Shown: in pieces, positions 13,630 to 27,945 of the stretch | Layout: the number at the start of each line of letters is the position of its first letter | Numbering within the stretch: position 1 is the first letter of the stretch | Source: Octopus bimaculoides | Taxonomy: Eukaryota | DNA: 64,000 nt | Assembly (NCBI RefSeq): GCF_001194135.2 | Contig: NC_068982.1 | Coordinates: forward strand, 41,019,876-41,083,875 | Reading direction: 5' to 3' | Made by a program: the position numbers and the translations under genes | Notes under the pieces: model-generated | Database searches by the model: none | What the model was told of the DNA's origin: nothing | Seen by the model: only the letters and a program-made list of their open reading frames with translations

Positions 13630-14915
13630 TTGCTGATTCATTTCACAGAGGTAGTAGTAGAGGGCCAATCTGACAACAAATCTGACCTTGGATCTTGAAA
13701 GTTTGCATGAATCCTGGCTCAGTTAAATCTCTTGTGGCACCAAATGATGTCAACTGTAGTGCAGCATTGTATTGCCTAATTTTATTTTGGAAGTGCTTGG
13801 AATCTTGGTCAGTTGATGACAACAGTTACTTCAATGGCTCTGGAGGTTGGGTGACTGCAGGAAGTTTAACCTTTCCACCACTGCAGCACAGTGCAGGTGT
13901 CTCTTCAGGCCACTTCCTTGCTTTACAATGTATGCATGCAGTTGTCATTGCACCAATGGAAACTCTAGTGTCATCTGCATGAGCTGCTGGATCATAATTG
14001 AAAGCTGCTTCCCTGAGCTCTTGCAACTTCTCTTCATTCTGCAGTGATCCTATTCCTTGTCAGCCATGCATACCTCTGTTTATTACTCTGAGATGCTCTG
14101 GCTTTTGTAGTGCACAGTCTGTTCATTTCCTGGTATGCTTCCCTTTCTGCAGCTGTCTCTCTTTCCCTGGACAGAGACATTCTTTTGGCTGACCTTGGTA
14201 TTGTAGACAAATTTGACACTTTCCTTCTAGGCATGGTTATATACATATACACAAATACATGGGGGCAGAAGATAGTAAACAATGAAAATAACTGGGTAAC
14301 AAAAATTATATTTCTTAATATGACAGGCAAAAAGAAAATTTTTTTACAGAAAAAGAGAATTGTACAGGTTGAAGCGAAATTTGTCACTTAGTGAACCAAA
14401 GAGCCAGTATCAGAGGGACCAGAAAATAGCCATTAATAACAGAAAAACACAAAACCATTGCAAAAATAAATAAAAATTTTTTAGGGAATCTAAGTGTACA
14501 GATTTCAGTGAAATTTTTGAAGTTCCTTCTGTCAGTAAATTATGAACTTATTTTTATCAGTAATTCCATCAACAACAGAAAAACACAAAACGTTGCAAAA
14601 GTAAAATTTGTAGGCAAATTTAACGAAGTGTACAGATTGAAGTGAAATTTATGAAGTTATTTCTGTCAGTTGATTATGTATGAAATTACTTTCATCAGTA
14701 ATTGTGAACTTCTTTCTGTCAGTAATTTGCTGTTGTTGTTTGTAAATAACGACTGAAAACTAACAGTGAAAACAATAGCAATTGAACTTAAAGTGAAAAT
14801 AGTGTTTGGAAAATGAAAGCAAAACAATAGAGAGTTAGCTAGTTAGACAAATAAGGTATAGATAGGGATATGCATGAAAAGCGAATACATACACATCTCT
14901 ACTTTATATATTAGA
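13630..14915 (-). mobile_element. Helitron 5' terminus plus N-terminal coding fragment (3'-truncated)
   Basis: Minus-strand A|TCTAATATATAAAGTAGAGATGTGTATG at 14915. MPRRKVSNL... (ORF 14034-14387), then zinc finger CIHCKARKWPEETPALCCSGGKVKLP (13826-14026), continuing past one stop as HFQNKIRQYNAALQLTSFGA...GFMQTFKIQGQI, which is typical of the Helitron RepHel N-terminus. Confidence 0.92.
14438..14730. repeat. ~136-bp imperfect tandem repeat in the Helitron 5' region
   Basis: aacagaaaaacacaaaac...aagtgtacagatt...tctgtcagt recurs at 14438 and 14574, with short tcagtaa subrepeats. Confidence 0.75.
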
Positions 14916-15609
14916 TGAGATTGTAATTTTTTGACCAATGGACGTAAGGGAGACAATCAATTTCTGAAAGTTACTTCACAAAGAGTTACCTCCTTTCTCC
15001 ATGTAACCCAGGAACGGATATTTTCTGCCTCCAGAGAGAGATAACTAATAAATTATTATTAATTAAAAATTGACAAACATCTCTTACAGCTGTTTCAAGC
15101 TTCAGAAAATTAATAAAATTAAAAATTACATGAAAGATCTCATCAAAGTTGGTTTAAAATATACAAAATAGGTGTTCAATTCCTGCATGTTGAGTAAACG
15201 GCTGCAAACCGTTGTTAAATTATATAAAATATGTATTTAAATTACCAAATCTCACTTCAAAAACCAATCACTACACAGTCTCTTTTTTAACAACTTTTTT
15301 AATAAGAAAGGAGGTTGAATAATGATTGATTCAGATAACAAAGAAAGTAACAACGAGTCTTTAAACTTTCTTGGAACAGGTTACATGTGATTTTTTATTT
15401 ATGTTGGGTAACTAAGCTGTCGACTTGAGTTTCCAATTGCCATCAAATGTTGTGAGACCTGGAAAAGATGAAGTTTGAACATTTTACTAAAGAGATAGAT
15501 GAAGTAATCTTGGAAGCAAATATTAAGTATGAAATATAAATGGTGGCAAATAGCCAATTTGACTTTTTAAAATTAACTTGGTACAAAACATCACATTTCT
15601 AACCTGTTA

Positions 15610-15985
15610 TATATTTCACCTGTTTCAGTCACTAGACTGCAGTCATGCTGGGGCACCACCTTGAAGAGGTTAGTCAAACCAAACAAAACCAGTATTTATA
15701 GGGTTTTTTTTTAAATCTGGTACTTATTCCATTGGTCTCTTTTGCCAAACTGCTAACTCACAGAGACATAAACAAACCAACACCAGTTGTCAATCAGTGG
15801 TGAGGGACAAACACAGATACATACATACACACATATGTATAACAAGATTCTTTCTGTTTCAAACTACCAGATCCACTAACAAGGCTTAAGTTGACCCGAA
15901 GCTATAGTAGAAGACACTTGCCCAAGGTGCATACAGTGAAACTGAACCTGAAACTATGTGAATGAGAAGCAAACTTCTTACCACA
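15610..15985 (-). mobile_element. SINE family S1 copy
   Basis: Reverse complement of the 52667 family over its full length. Further copies at ~4075-4285, 20485-20820, 22130-22330, 23600-23780, 26940-27230, 28225-28565, 28630-28777, 33540-33650, 34270-34375, 44210-44420 and 55920-56085. Confidence 0.8.
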
Positions 15986-16445
15986 CATCCATATCTGCAC
16001 TAGTATTTTAATCCTTTGAAGTCAAAAGATAACTGGATGCAACTATTATTCTATTAGAATATCTCACAAAATAAAATTGAACCCACTCAATTCAACTGTC
16101 TCAAAGAGAGTAGTTACGCAATTGCTAAGATGCAAACTAAAGTAACTATTTCAGGCTTTGCCATCTTTGCTTTCTGTGCCTAAGTCATTGTTATTGAAAC
16201 TATTGTTTTCATTTCAATTGTAGTGTATGTAAAACTATATTAACCAATGTGTACTTCGTTTACCTTTAGGATGGAAAGGTGCAATGAGAGAGACCTGCAG
16301 CTTTTTCTATTAAGTCCAGTGACCTTATAGGGTCTCTCTGTGCAGGAGTAGATGTGTAAAGCTAAACTGGATGGAAAGTTACAAGGCAATTTGGAAAGTG
16401 ACTGAGAATTAACTGACCAAAGTGGGCAGGAGAGATAACTATTAA

Positions 16446-16760
16446 CATAGCTTAGTGGTTAGGGTATTCAGTTGACAATCATAAGGTCATGAGTTCAAAT
16501 CCCAGCAGCATGTCATGTCCTTGAGCAAGACACTTTATTTCAAGTTGCTCCAATCCATTCAGCTGGCAAAAGTGAGTGGTACCTGTAATTCAATGGGCCA
16601 GTCATGTCACATTCCATTTCACACTGAATCTCCCTGAGAAATATGTAAAGGGCACACGTGTTTGTGGAGTGCTTAGCTATTTGCATTTTAAATTCACAAG
16701 CAGATTGTTCCACCGACTGGATCAACTAGAATCCTCATCATTGTAAGCAACACAGTGCCA
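16446..16760 (+). mobile_element. tRNA-derived SINE family S3
   Basis: tagcttagtggttaggg (A box) ... gagttcaaatccc (B box) ... ccttgagcaagacactt; reverse copy at ~8866-9155. Confidence 0.75.
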
Positions 16761-19171
16761 GACACTCTCATATGGACAAGCAAGATCAAATGGATGAATT
16801 CTAGGTGAAGAAAGGCCATGTGGTGTCAGTGAAGTATTTTTATTGCAGACAACAACAAAGAGGTGAATTAGAAGATAGAATTAAATAGCAATATATTGTA
16901 TAACAGACCTGTTCAATCTATACTATCATGAAGGAAATATTTCAACATTGATAATGAAAGCTGAACACCAGAGGTGTAACGGATGTAATTGTATCATCAA
17001 TCTTCTCAATCATGTGTCAATCCAACTTCGACACTGGTATGTTTCAGATTTCTTATGCTGCCAATCAGACAGGTCTTTGAATATACCAAGGAAAGATGCC
17101 ACCCAACAAACTGAACACTTTTTTTCCCGTTCACTCCCATTCATTCACAACATATTGGTTTCAAATTTTGGCACAGGGCCAGCAATTTGGGGGAAAGATG
17201 TAAGTCAATTACATTGACCCCAGTATTCAACTGGTACTTATTTTACCAATTCCTAAAGAATGAAAAGCAAAGTTGACCACAGAATGTAAAGATGGACGAA
17301 ATGTTACCAAGCATTTTGTCAGGCATGCCAACAATTATGCCAGTCAATGCTTTATTCATGCACTACATATTACCAAACAGTCATAGACTTCTGTTTCCCA
17401 ACGTCCTTGACAAACCAGCTTTTAAATGCAGAAAAGCCTACCTGACAGAACTTCACAGAACAAATCCAGTAAATAACAATTTCTTGAATAGGTACAAGGT
17501 CAGGCAGAAGTTTGGTGAAAAAAGTAGTCAGTTAAATCAATAAATACCAAGATTATCTTATCAACCCCAGAAGGATGAAAAGCAGGATTTGAACACTGAG
17601 TGTTGAGGGCCATAACTAAATACTGAAAGGTATTTTATCGGATGCTCTAATGATTTTGCAAAATCATCTAAATCCAGCTAATAATAGCACTGGCATTTTA
17701 ATTTTCCCCATATTTAAAAATTACTTTTAATGAGTTCTTCAGATTATAAGATTTAATTTCATTAAAAATCAAAAACTAGAGCCACACTAATATAAATATA
17801 GACAAATACATTTTCTTCTCCATTTTAAAGCAATTTACTTCTTAAGGTATCTATAAGAAATTATGGAATTAAGCAATAAAATCAATACCTGAAGAACATG
17901 GAGTGTACAAGCTTTATCACATAAATTAGATGTTGTAATTATACTAGTCCAGAGATGAAGTAGATGCCTGAAACAGAAAGAAATATCATTAACAATGGAT
18001 CATCATTTATTCAACCATGTTCAAATTATATTTGAAAACTCAATATATTAAAAAGCATAGATGTGATCTTGTACTAGGGAGGCTATTATGAACTGCATTA
18101 AAATGACTATCATGCACTTAAAGTTAGATTTGTGTCTAACCTAAAGTCAAAGACAAACATCTAACATTTTAAACATTACAATTCTCCTTGTAAAAATCTT
18201 TACATACTTGATACAAAGATATATCGATTATTCAATGTACTTATCTTTTATACAGCTTCTTAAAACTATTGTAAGCTTATTAAATGAAAAAAAAAAAAAC
18301 ATTGTTTTGGGTTCAATAATTAATTTATCAGCAATAGCTTGGTTGTGCAAATTTGAAGATTTGCATAAGTTACAAAAGTATCTAATTCGGTTTCAAATTT
18401 TGGTACAAAGCCAGCAATTTCATGGAGGGGTTAAGCCAATTACATTGAATCCAGTGCTCAAATTGTACTTATTTTATAAACCCTAAAAGGATAAAAGGCA
18501 AAGTCGACCATGGCAGCATTTGAATTCAGAACAAATGTTGCTAAGCATTTTGTCTGGTAGCGATTCTGCCAGCTCACCATCTTACAGAAGTATCTAATTT
18601 AACACAAGAATGATTCTCCTAACACTAATCACTTAATAAAAGGAATATATACTTCACTTACATACCATTTTCATGTCATAATTAAGTCAATATGAAATTG
18701 AGATTATTAAATAATGCAAGACTAATCTAGGGATATAGTTATTCTGATAGATTTTGAAGCTAATCAATAAGTATAAATCAGGGGTCAGCAACAGATGAGC
18801 CACCATGGGTCTCAAGTCTTTTCTAAAATTTTCTCAAATCTAATATATTTGTGAACCATCGAAAGTTGATGGCTTTTAGTTAGACTTTTCTGTTACAATT
18901 TAATTTTTGTCTATTTAAGCATTACCAGTGAGAAATAGGGGATACAAAACGATATTTTTATATGTGGGCCATGGACAAATGAAAAAATACCAAGACAGAC
19001 AATTGCAAGAAGATATTGGCCCCTTGCATACATTCTAACGAAATTTGAAATGTGCACATAAATGTACATAATATATATATATATATATATATATTCAGGT
19101 GAATATGGTACTTAAGTTTAGGCACTAGAATTTAGTATGGTATTACCCATACAATTTCAAAGTAAGGTGAT

Positions 19172-19379
19172 TAAAATCAAAATAAGCAACAAGGATACCC
19201 AGAGGTAATGCAGTACGATCGTTTCATGCAACTCCATTTAATTGAACTATGTAATCAATGCAGAGCAATCTTCAGCTGCACAGAGACATAGAATGATTAC
19301 ATTGTTCAATTAAATGGAGTTGCATGAAACAATCGTACTGCATTACCTCTGGATATCGTTGTTGCTTATTTTGATTTTA
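19172..19379. repeat. Foldback element with ~86-bp arms
   Basis: Arms ~19172-19257 and ~19296-19379 differ at 4 positions. Confidence 0.92.
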
Positions 19380-20670
19380 TATATATATAAACACACACAT
19401 ATGCACACTTTTCTGTGTACATAACTATTTTACATGCATGTACATGTTAGTAACACAAGATTCAACAAACTATTGAAACAATGTTACTTTACAACCAGAT
19501 ACACTTACTGATAACTATTCATTTGAAACCTGTTAATGGAATATGATTTTTGACCTAATGAAGCAAGCAGAGTTATGTACCTTCACATAGGCTATAAGTG
19601 ACGGTTTTTTAAAAAAAAAACACTGATCAATAAAGCCACTGTGGCTCATTTATTATTAATTACCAATCAAGTATTATATGACTTTCTGGTGAAAGATCTA
19701 ATTTAGATGATAGATTGACAACAGTTTCATGTTTCTCACAGTATAAACCATAAAACAGAGTCATAAGGTGTATGTATTTGAAACAATGTTAAAAGTGACA
19801 GAGAAAGGCCACAACAGTTCATGTTAGAAATGAAATCAAAACTCTAAATATGGACTGTGTATTTTACTATTTCAACTATAAAAGGTTTTATGAATAAGGG
19901 TAGATGAAACGTTCTGACTCAAAAGAATGCAGATGATGGATGGTATTACTAATATAAAATCTGCTGCACTTATTACTACACTGTACCTACTAGATAGTTC
20001 CTCAGGGAAAGTTCAAAAGGAGCAGTTTCTATATCTACTCCATCTCTACGGATTATCAAAGCAGACTGCAGCAATAATGCTACTGTCAAAGTGCATCAGC
20101 TTTTATGAAGTACTGCAGTTGGAGGGGTTCAGCTTGGCAAGTAGTGTTGTTACCAAGTTGTTAACTGGATATACATTATCCTATAGTACTTTTTGAAAGT
20201 GCTTTGAGTTGGCAGTTCTATCTTGTTATTTATATAGGTGATCAAGTTCTGAATGTATGCAGCCTTGACACTGGTTAGTCAGACTAATCAGCAATGTACA
20301 CAGAGACGACAACAGATAGCTTTCCTGCAGACGTCAGTGTTAATGACTTTTTTGTGATTCTGAGTTGAAAATGCAACAGAGGAAATGAATCCATTGTTGG
20401 GATATTCCGTGTTGAACCTATATGATCATCAGCGTTGTTTGCCTCTCCACAAGAATATGAGAGTGTCTATCATATATATTTTCTCTTCTTACTTGTTTCA
20501 GTCATGAGACTGCAGCCATGCTGGGGCACCGCCTTGAAGAATTTTAGTTGAATGAATCAACACCAGTACTTATTCTACCCAACACTTTTGCCAAACCACT
20601 ATGTTATGGGGATGTAAACACACAACATCAGTTGCCAAACAGTGGGGAGGGGACAAACACAGATGCAAAG

Positions 20671-20703
<33 letters not shown>

Positions 20704-20830
20704 CATACACACGAAGGGCTTCTTTCAGTTTCCATCAACCAAATCAACTCTCAAGGCTATAATAGAAGACATTTGGCCAAGGTGCCGCACAAAATGGGAT
20801 TGAACTTGGAACTATATAAATGTATGTATG

Positions 20831-20874
<44 letters not shown>

Positions 20875-21149
20875 CACACAGAGGAAATCATAAAAGTAGC
20901 TAGCTGAGGCTCTGCATCCTGATTGGTCCATAAATATGATGGAACATATTTCATTTCTATTAAAATCATAACTATTTAGAAGGATCAAAATTTTCAGATA
21001 TATTTGTATTTATACATGCATATGTGCATGCACATGTGGACGTGCAAAGATACCCAACTTTTACTAAATGAAACTAATTATAATTAATATAATGTATGAT
21101 TTATTACTTTTTATGTAATACTCCACATATATTTCATATAGCCAAATAG

Positions 21150-21460
21150 TGAAGGTGTATGGCTCAGCGGTTAGAGCATCAGGTTCACAATCATGAGGTA
21201 GTGAGTTTGATTCCCAGACTTGGCAATGTATTGTGTTCTTGAACAAGACACTATCTCACGCTGCTGCAGTTCACTCAGCTGTAGAAATAAGTTGCAACAT
21301 CACTGATGCCAACCTGTATTGGCCTTTGCCTTTCCCTTGGATAATACCAGTAGCACAGAGAGGGGAGACTGATATGCATGGGCGACTGCTGGTCTTCTGT
21401 AAACAACTTTGCCCAGACTTGTACCTCAGAGGGAACTTTCTAGGTCAAAGCATAATAGAA
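21150..21460 (+). mobile_element. tRNA-derived SINE family S4
   Basis: tggctcagcggttagagc (A box), gtttgattccc (B box), then ttcttgaacaagacact core. Confidence 0.72.
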
Positions 21461-22489
21461 GTAAACAAGTGTCACTATCATGTAAGTGGTATCCCTTGTT
21501 TCCAATGTCCTGCGAAAAACACGTCTGGTCATGGTGTACTATTTACCTTATATGGAAACAGGTGAGGGTAGGTGATGGAAAGGACATTCAACCATAGAAA
21601 CTCTGCCTCAATAAATTCTGAAGGGGATCTTTACCCTTTTAATATAGAAAAAAAAAAAAAAATTTTCTTACGAGTGCGGCACCATAAGAATAGTTTCAAG
21701 TTTTTGCTCATCAAATTTCCGAATAAAGATATTTGCAGAAGCTGCAATCTGTTTGAAATAAGAAAATACAAATAATACTGTTAAGGCAAAACAGAAAGTA
21801 GCATAAATCATTCACAACACATTAAGACACACTAGTACATAACAGAACCTTATAAACACTATTTCCATATATTGTGACAATGAAACCAAAATCAATAAGC
21901 TGGCACTTTCCATCATCATTTTAACATCAACTTTTTCATGCCCTGGGTCAGATGAAATTTATTGAGGCAGAGTTTCTATGGCTGGATGTCCTTTCCATCA
22001 CCTACCCTCACCTGTTTCTATATAAGGTATTAGTTCACCATGACCAGATGTGTTTTTCGCAGGACATTGGAAACAAGGGATACCACTTACATGACAGTGA
22101 CACTTGTTTACTATTATGCTATGTCAAGACAAGATGACAGTAACACACAAACACACATACATAGATACATATGTATGGACTTTTTTCAGTTCTTGTCAAA
22201 CCAAATCCACTCACAAGGTTTTGGTCAACCCATAGATATAGTAGAAGACACTAGCCCAAGGTGTCATGCATTGAAATTGAAGCCAGAACCATGTGGTTGG
22301 TAAGCAAACTTCTTACCACACGCCATGCCTGTGTGCCTGATGTGTACACACACACGGCAAGGCTGTGAGAGTATAAAGTTTAGGCCCTATGGTCTCAGGT
22401 TGTCTCATTGCATGGTATTTTGAGCATGCATCTTCTATAGCATTTGACAAACCGATGCTCTCCGAGTGAATTTGGAACTGTATGGAACC

Positions 22490-22975
22490 CCATCATCATC
22501 ATTTAATGTGTTTTCCATGCTGACATTGGCTGAATGGTCTGACAAGAGCTGACCAGCTGAAGGACTGTTCAGGCTCCATGTCTGTTTTGGCATAGTTTCT
22601 ATGGCTGGATACCTTTCCTAATGCTAACCACTTTATAGAGTGCACTGGGTGCTTTTACGCAGCACCAGCACAGGTGCTTTTTACATGGCACCGCCACCTA
22701 TGAGCCCACAAGATTAGGAACACTCAGCTGGAGAGGGTTGCATGGGACAAGCCTGTATGCAAGGACAACCACACTTTTACTTAGCTCAATGTGTCTTTCC
22801 AAGCACAGCAAACTGCCAGGAGTCTCAGTCCCGTCATCCACTCTGTGAGTCCCAACATCTGTAGATTCTTTCTCACCACTTCATCCCTCTTCCTGGGTCT
22901 ACCCCCTTATATATTCCCCCTACAGTTAGAGATAGGCACTTCTTGATGCAACTGTCTTCATTCATATGCATTACA
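22490..22975 (-). mobile_element. RTE LINE 3' fragment
   Basis: Minus translation HMNEDSCIKKCLSLTVG plus the same 3'UTR and (GAT)n tail as 12470-12700. Confidence 0.7.
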
Positions 22976-23859
22976 CACACACACAGTCCAACCCATGCCA
23001 GCATAGAAAGCAGAAACAATGATGATGATGAGGATGTATGTACATATATATATATATATTAGATAAATCAAAAATTAAAAATAACAAAACAACAAAAGTC
23101 AAAAAGATATACACAGGGAATGTATTAGTTTGATGCTCAGTATAAAATTGAAAAAAAGAATGGAGATATAACATTTTAAGCATGGTTCTACACACATATC
23201 ACATTTGTGTGTGTATTTGTATCTGAATTTGTGTTTGGGTGAATGTTTGCATTCTATATGCATGTTGCACAAAACCAAGCTTAAAATGGTGTGGTTAATT
23301 GACATTCATTGTCACCAAAATTATCCTCCAACATGGAATAATATGAAAAAAAAAAATGAATTAATAGTACAGAATAGTGACAGGAAGGGCATCCAGAAGT
23401 AAAATAATGCTTCAGTGGGTATTTGCTCAACCCTTGCCATCGTGGAAAATGAATGTTAAATATTGATATATCATCATACCTTTAATGTCTACTTTTCCAT
23501 ACCTGCCTGTTTCCAAGTAAGGTAATATTTCCTCATGACAGATCAAGTTTTCACAGAATATTGAAAATGAATGACACTCATTTACATCTATCAAATGATC
23601 TCAAGACAAGGAGACACAAACACACACGACACATCTTTGAGTTTCCATCTACCAAATCTACTCACAAGGATTTGGTTGGTGTGGGGCTATAGCAGAAGAC
23701 ATTTGCCCAAGATGTCATGCAGTGAAACTGAACCCAGAACTATGTGGTTAGGAAACAAACTTTTTACCATACAGTCATACTACATATATATAAGCATTTG
23801 TGGATGGGCTGTAACCAGTGATGTTTATTGGCATTTCCTATCAAAAAATTGATCACTAG

Positions 23860-23893
<34 letters not shown>

Positions 23894-24266
23894 TAGACAC
23901 ACACACACACACATGGCCCATTGAAAAAAAATAAATAATTTCACAAGGTACATACTTCACCATGTAGTGATCTCATAGCCTTGAGGAGCAGAGATTTGAA
24001 GTTTGCTGCATTGATGGTGTCATTTTTATCAGCAAATTCTCTACAATAGAAATAAATTACTTAAATAACAAACTATATTCTTGAAGGTATTTTTTTTTTC
24101 AACTGATATAATTCAGTTTCTATAATTAAGTAAAAATAAATAAACAAATAAATAAAATAAAAAATAAAGGCATGTCGCAAATCCAATTTTGATAAGTTTC
24201 ATTACCAACACAGTAACCTAAGTACTACCCTGGCACCTTGTTTCAGTCAGTCCTAAAGTACACTAA

Positions 24267-24478
24267 CCCTTATAACATCTGAACCAGCCATGTACAAGCC
24301 AAATGTTCTAGTTTTATGTTCAAACTGGCCAGATCTGGCCTCTCACACTTACCTATAATGTCATTCTAATAATATACAACAACATCAAAATCTTGAAGGT
24401 ATGAGATAATGCATAATTAACTCAAAACAATATGAATAAATAATTAGATTTGACAGAGTAAGCTAAATGCCAAAAGGG
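24267..24478. mobile_element. piggyBac-type MITE (family A)
   Basis: ctaa|ccctt ... aaaggg|ctaa with the family core. Confidence 0.75.
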
Positions 24479-26682
24479 CTAATACAAAATTTCCGAAATT
24501 CCATTATTTTCCCTATATAAGTTCTTTCATAAAAAGAGCAAATACTACGCAATGTTCTTGCCCTTTTCAAAAACATTAGCTAAGAAGTGAAGGTAGAAGA
24601 CCTCAATTCAATTCAATTGCAATTAAAGTCATGAGCCTGGCTCATAAAAAATTTAATTAGTTATTTGAATACTGAACTTGTGATCAAACTGTCACAATAC
24701 AAACCACATTTGTTTGTCAAACTGGAAAAAAAAAATATCATTTCAAATTCAGTTGAACCTCATTTATGTTAACTTATTTGTTATATTAACTGGCTTCAGT
24801 TGATATATAAATCAACACGAAATGAATATTAAAACCAAAGCAATGATTGAACACTGCAAGTACTTGCTGGTGAAAAAAACAATACATTTTCAAACAATAT
24901 ATAAATTCTATCATAACATATAACTAACTTAATTGAAACTAATCTTCTCCACTAACCTAAAAAGCAGTCCACAAAGCTTACTAAACACCTTACCTGCACT
25001 CATACCAAACTAATACATGACCTACACAGTAAAACAGGAGATATTAAGTACAGTCTATGTTGCCGACTTCAATTTACACAGTATCTTCCACTGTATGTAC
25101 AACCAGCCACAAACCTAGAAACACACGAGTACAAATCAACACCATCGTGAAACACCTGATACACATCGAAATGAGCTAACCATGTTCAAAATCTGTTAAG
25201 TTCTTAACTCCAATGAAGTCATGTGAACTGAATCTGTTAAAATAAGCATAACTTGTCTACAGCTAACCATTATGCTGATAAGTACAGACTAGCTATAAAA
25301 AAAAAATGAAATACTCTGTTTTTGATTAGCTACCAGTATGCCATAATAATTCTCACAAGACTTGCTCTGACTTTTCTATGACCCCACTATTTCCTTCAGT
25401 ACGTGGATAACTAAATTCTTATGGTAGCAGACAGTTAGCTAAGTTAACAGTTCACTTTCTGTCACCAGCAACTTAGCTCTACCACAAGTGATCATGCAGT
25501 GATAGAGACTACCAGTGTTAGCAGTGATAGCATTATAGAATTTAGAAGTAATTTGCTGTAATACAATGAGAGAGTTCAATTCAGCCTATGGAAAAACTAT
25601 CTACACTAAATCAGTCTCTTGGCCAAGATCAGATTTATCTCATTCACTTAATGCTATGGAAATGAGAAGCATCATCTTTTATAAATTGTGATTCACGAAA
25701 AAAAAAAAAAAAGGGTTACTTCCCTGTCACACATTAGCTTCAACATGAAAATTCCATCTATAAACTGAATTAGTTGTCACATAAAAGATCAATAATTTCG
25801 CCAACATAATTAGAAGTCAGGCCTCCTCTTCTGTCAGATGGGGCAAAATTTCTTCTTGGGAATTTGTCGTCTTGGCTTTGAAGGTACCACAAAATTCATT
25901 CAGAAAAAACCCCACCCTCATGCACTTTTGAAATTTGGAAAGAAAATTAGTTCAAAGATATGTACTTAGTCAAAATACCAAGATATTGAACTTTTCAACT
26001 CATGTTTTTCGTTTTGGTCTCTAGCTATTTCTAAATCATGAGAATTGTACATTGATGTTTCACTATTCACTATAGTTTAATAATGACTAATATGTATGAG
26101 TTTTTCTCAATACTATAATTCAATGTAAAAAGACTACATGAAAGACAAAGACACTTCCATACAATATTGCACCAACTATTTTTTCTTTCAAATCCAGACA
26201 TCAGAACTGACAGATGAGCAAAAGAAATGTTTCCAAGAGGCTCTCCTGCATGCCACATAGATAATGAATGACTTGCAACCTCATTATCACAAGTGACAAA
26301 CTGAAATGGATTTGTTAGGCAACACCATGATGGTTACTCGAGTCTACATGGAAGCTATGGATATGGTAGGAAGATTAATAAAAGGGCCAACAGTCTTAGA
26401 ATTTTTTTTTTTTTTTTTTACACAAATAACCCAGCCGTTTACAATGCTAACTTTCGAAAAACCAGCCAACCACCTGATCACCAACCAGTCAAGAAGTTGC
26501 AAGCCAGGGAGACTTCATAATCACCAGAAAACTGGATAGGCATACAGTTTTAAATACTAAGTCTTTTTTCTAGTATATATTACATGTAGAGAATCAGAAA
26601 AAAGTTTGCCAATGTTCTGCAATAAAAGGGTCAGAGAGTCAGGGGGTTCCGGAGTGTAAAACAGTATGGCAGTGTGAATTAA

Positions 26683-26903
26683 TCCTTTGGCATTCAGATT
26701 ATTCTGTCAAATGTAATGCTTATTCATTCACATTATTTTCACTTCATCCTGCATTATTTCAAAGCTTTGAGGTTACAATTATGTGATTTTATATTTTTAG
26801 AATAAAATTGTAGGGTAGAGAGGAGAGGCCAGATCTGGCCAGTTTGGATAATAAAACAGGTACAATATTTGGGCCAAATATGGCCGGTTTAAATGCTAAA
26901 GGG
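26683..26903. mobile_element. piggyBac-type MITE (family A), full length
   Basis: TTAA|tcctttggcatt ... aatgctaaaggg|TTAA (TTAA at 26679-82 and 26904-07). Confidence 0.85.
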
Positions 26904-27720
26904 TTAAAACATTATCCTTGAAATGTTTAGTTGAATAAATCAATCAAGTACTTATTGAAGTTTAGTACTTATTCTACCAGTCTCTTTTGCTGAACTGCTA
27001 AATTACAGGGACATAAACAAACCAACATCAATTGTCAAATAGTGGGTACAAACACATACATATATACATAACGGGTTGCCACAGTTTCTGTCTACCAAAT
27101 TCACTCACAAGGCATTGGCTGGCCCAGAGCTATAACAGAAGACACTTGCCCAAGTTGACACACCAGTGGATCTAAACCCAAAACCACACGGTTTCAAAGC
27201 ATGCTTCTGGACCATACAGCAATGCCTGCACTTGTTATGCAACCTTATTTACTAAACTTGGATAAGTTTATTTACATTGCCTGACCTTCAACACCAACAA
27301 ATATCATTTTCACTGTCAGTGTTCTCACCTCAACTAGTGACTATTTTTAACTACGTAAGACACAAAGCCATGTATTATTTTTAGAGTGTTCACTAATCAC
27401 TAGTATACAAACTCTGAAAGAAAATAAATGTTTTGCACCAGTTATTAACAATCACTTACTTTCATGTTTCTTACCACTGTCGTAATCTCTCACTTTCTAG
27501 GTTACAAGCTAATCACACAGAACATCTTTATTCAATACGATTTTGTCATAATGGAGAAAAAAAATTATCATTGTCACTAAAAAATTACTCAGACATGATT
27601 GCACAAAAAATAAATAGGATAGGATATACTATTCATTTCAACAGCATAGAAAATTAAAAGACAAATTAATACTTATATTGCTATTTTAGATTCTCTATAG
27701 TCAACTTATTCAGCTTTTAA

Positions 27721-27945
27721 CCCTTCAGAATTTAAACCGTCCATATCCAGCCAAAGTCTTCCACCTGTTTTATGTTCAAACCAGCATGATCTAGCCTCTC
27801 ACACCTATCCTGCAATGTTATTCTAAAAATAGACAATCACATCACCAAAATCTCATGGTTACGAGATAATGCAGATTAATCCAAAACAATTTGAATAAAC
27901 AAGTATTATATTTGATAGGGTAATCTGAGTGCCAAAAGACCCTAG
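27721..27945. mobile_element. piggyBac-type MITE (family A), right end degenerate
   Basis: TTAA|cccttcagaatt plus the family core. Confidence 0.7.

Noticed and set aside
16446-16520. tRNA-like A and B boxes (also at 21160 and 52670)
   Set aside because: No cloverleaf; each continues into a SINE body, so these are SINE heads and not tRNA genes.
19927-20440. GC-richer block with an 89-aa ORF
   Set aside because: No recognisable motif in any frame and no convincing splice pair; probably an old TE remnant.
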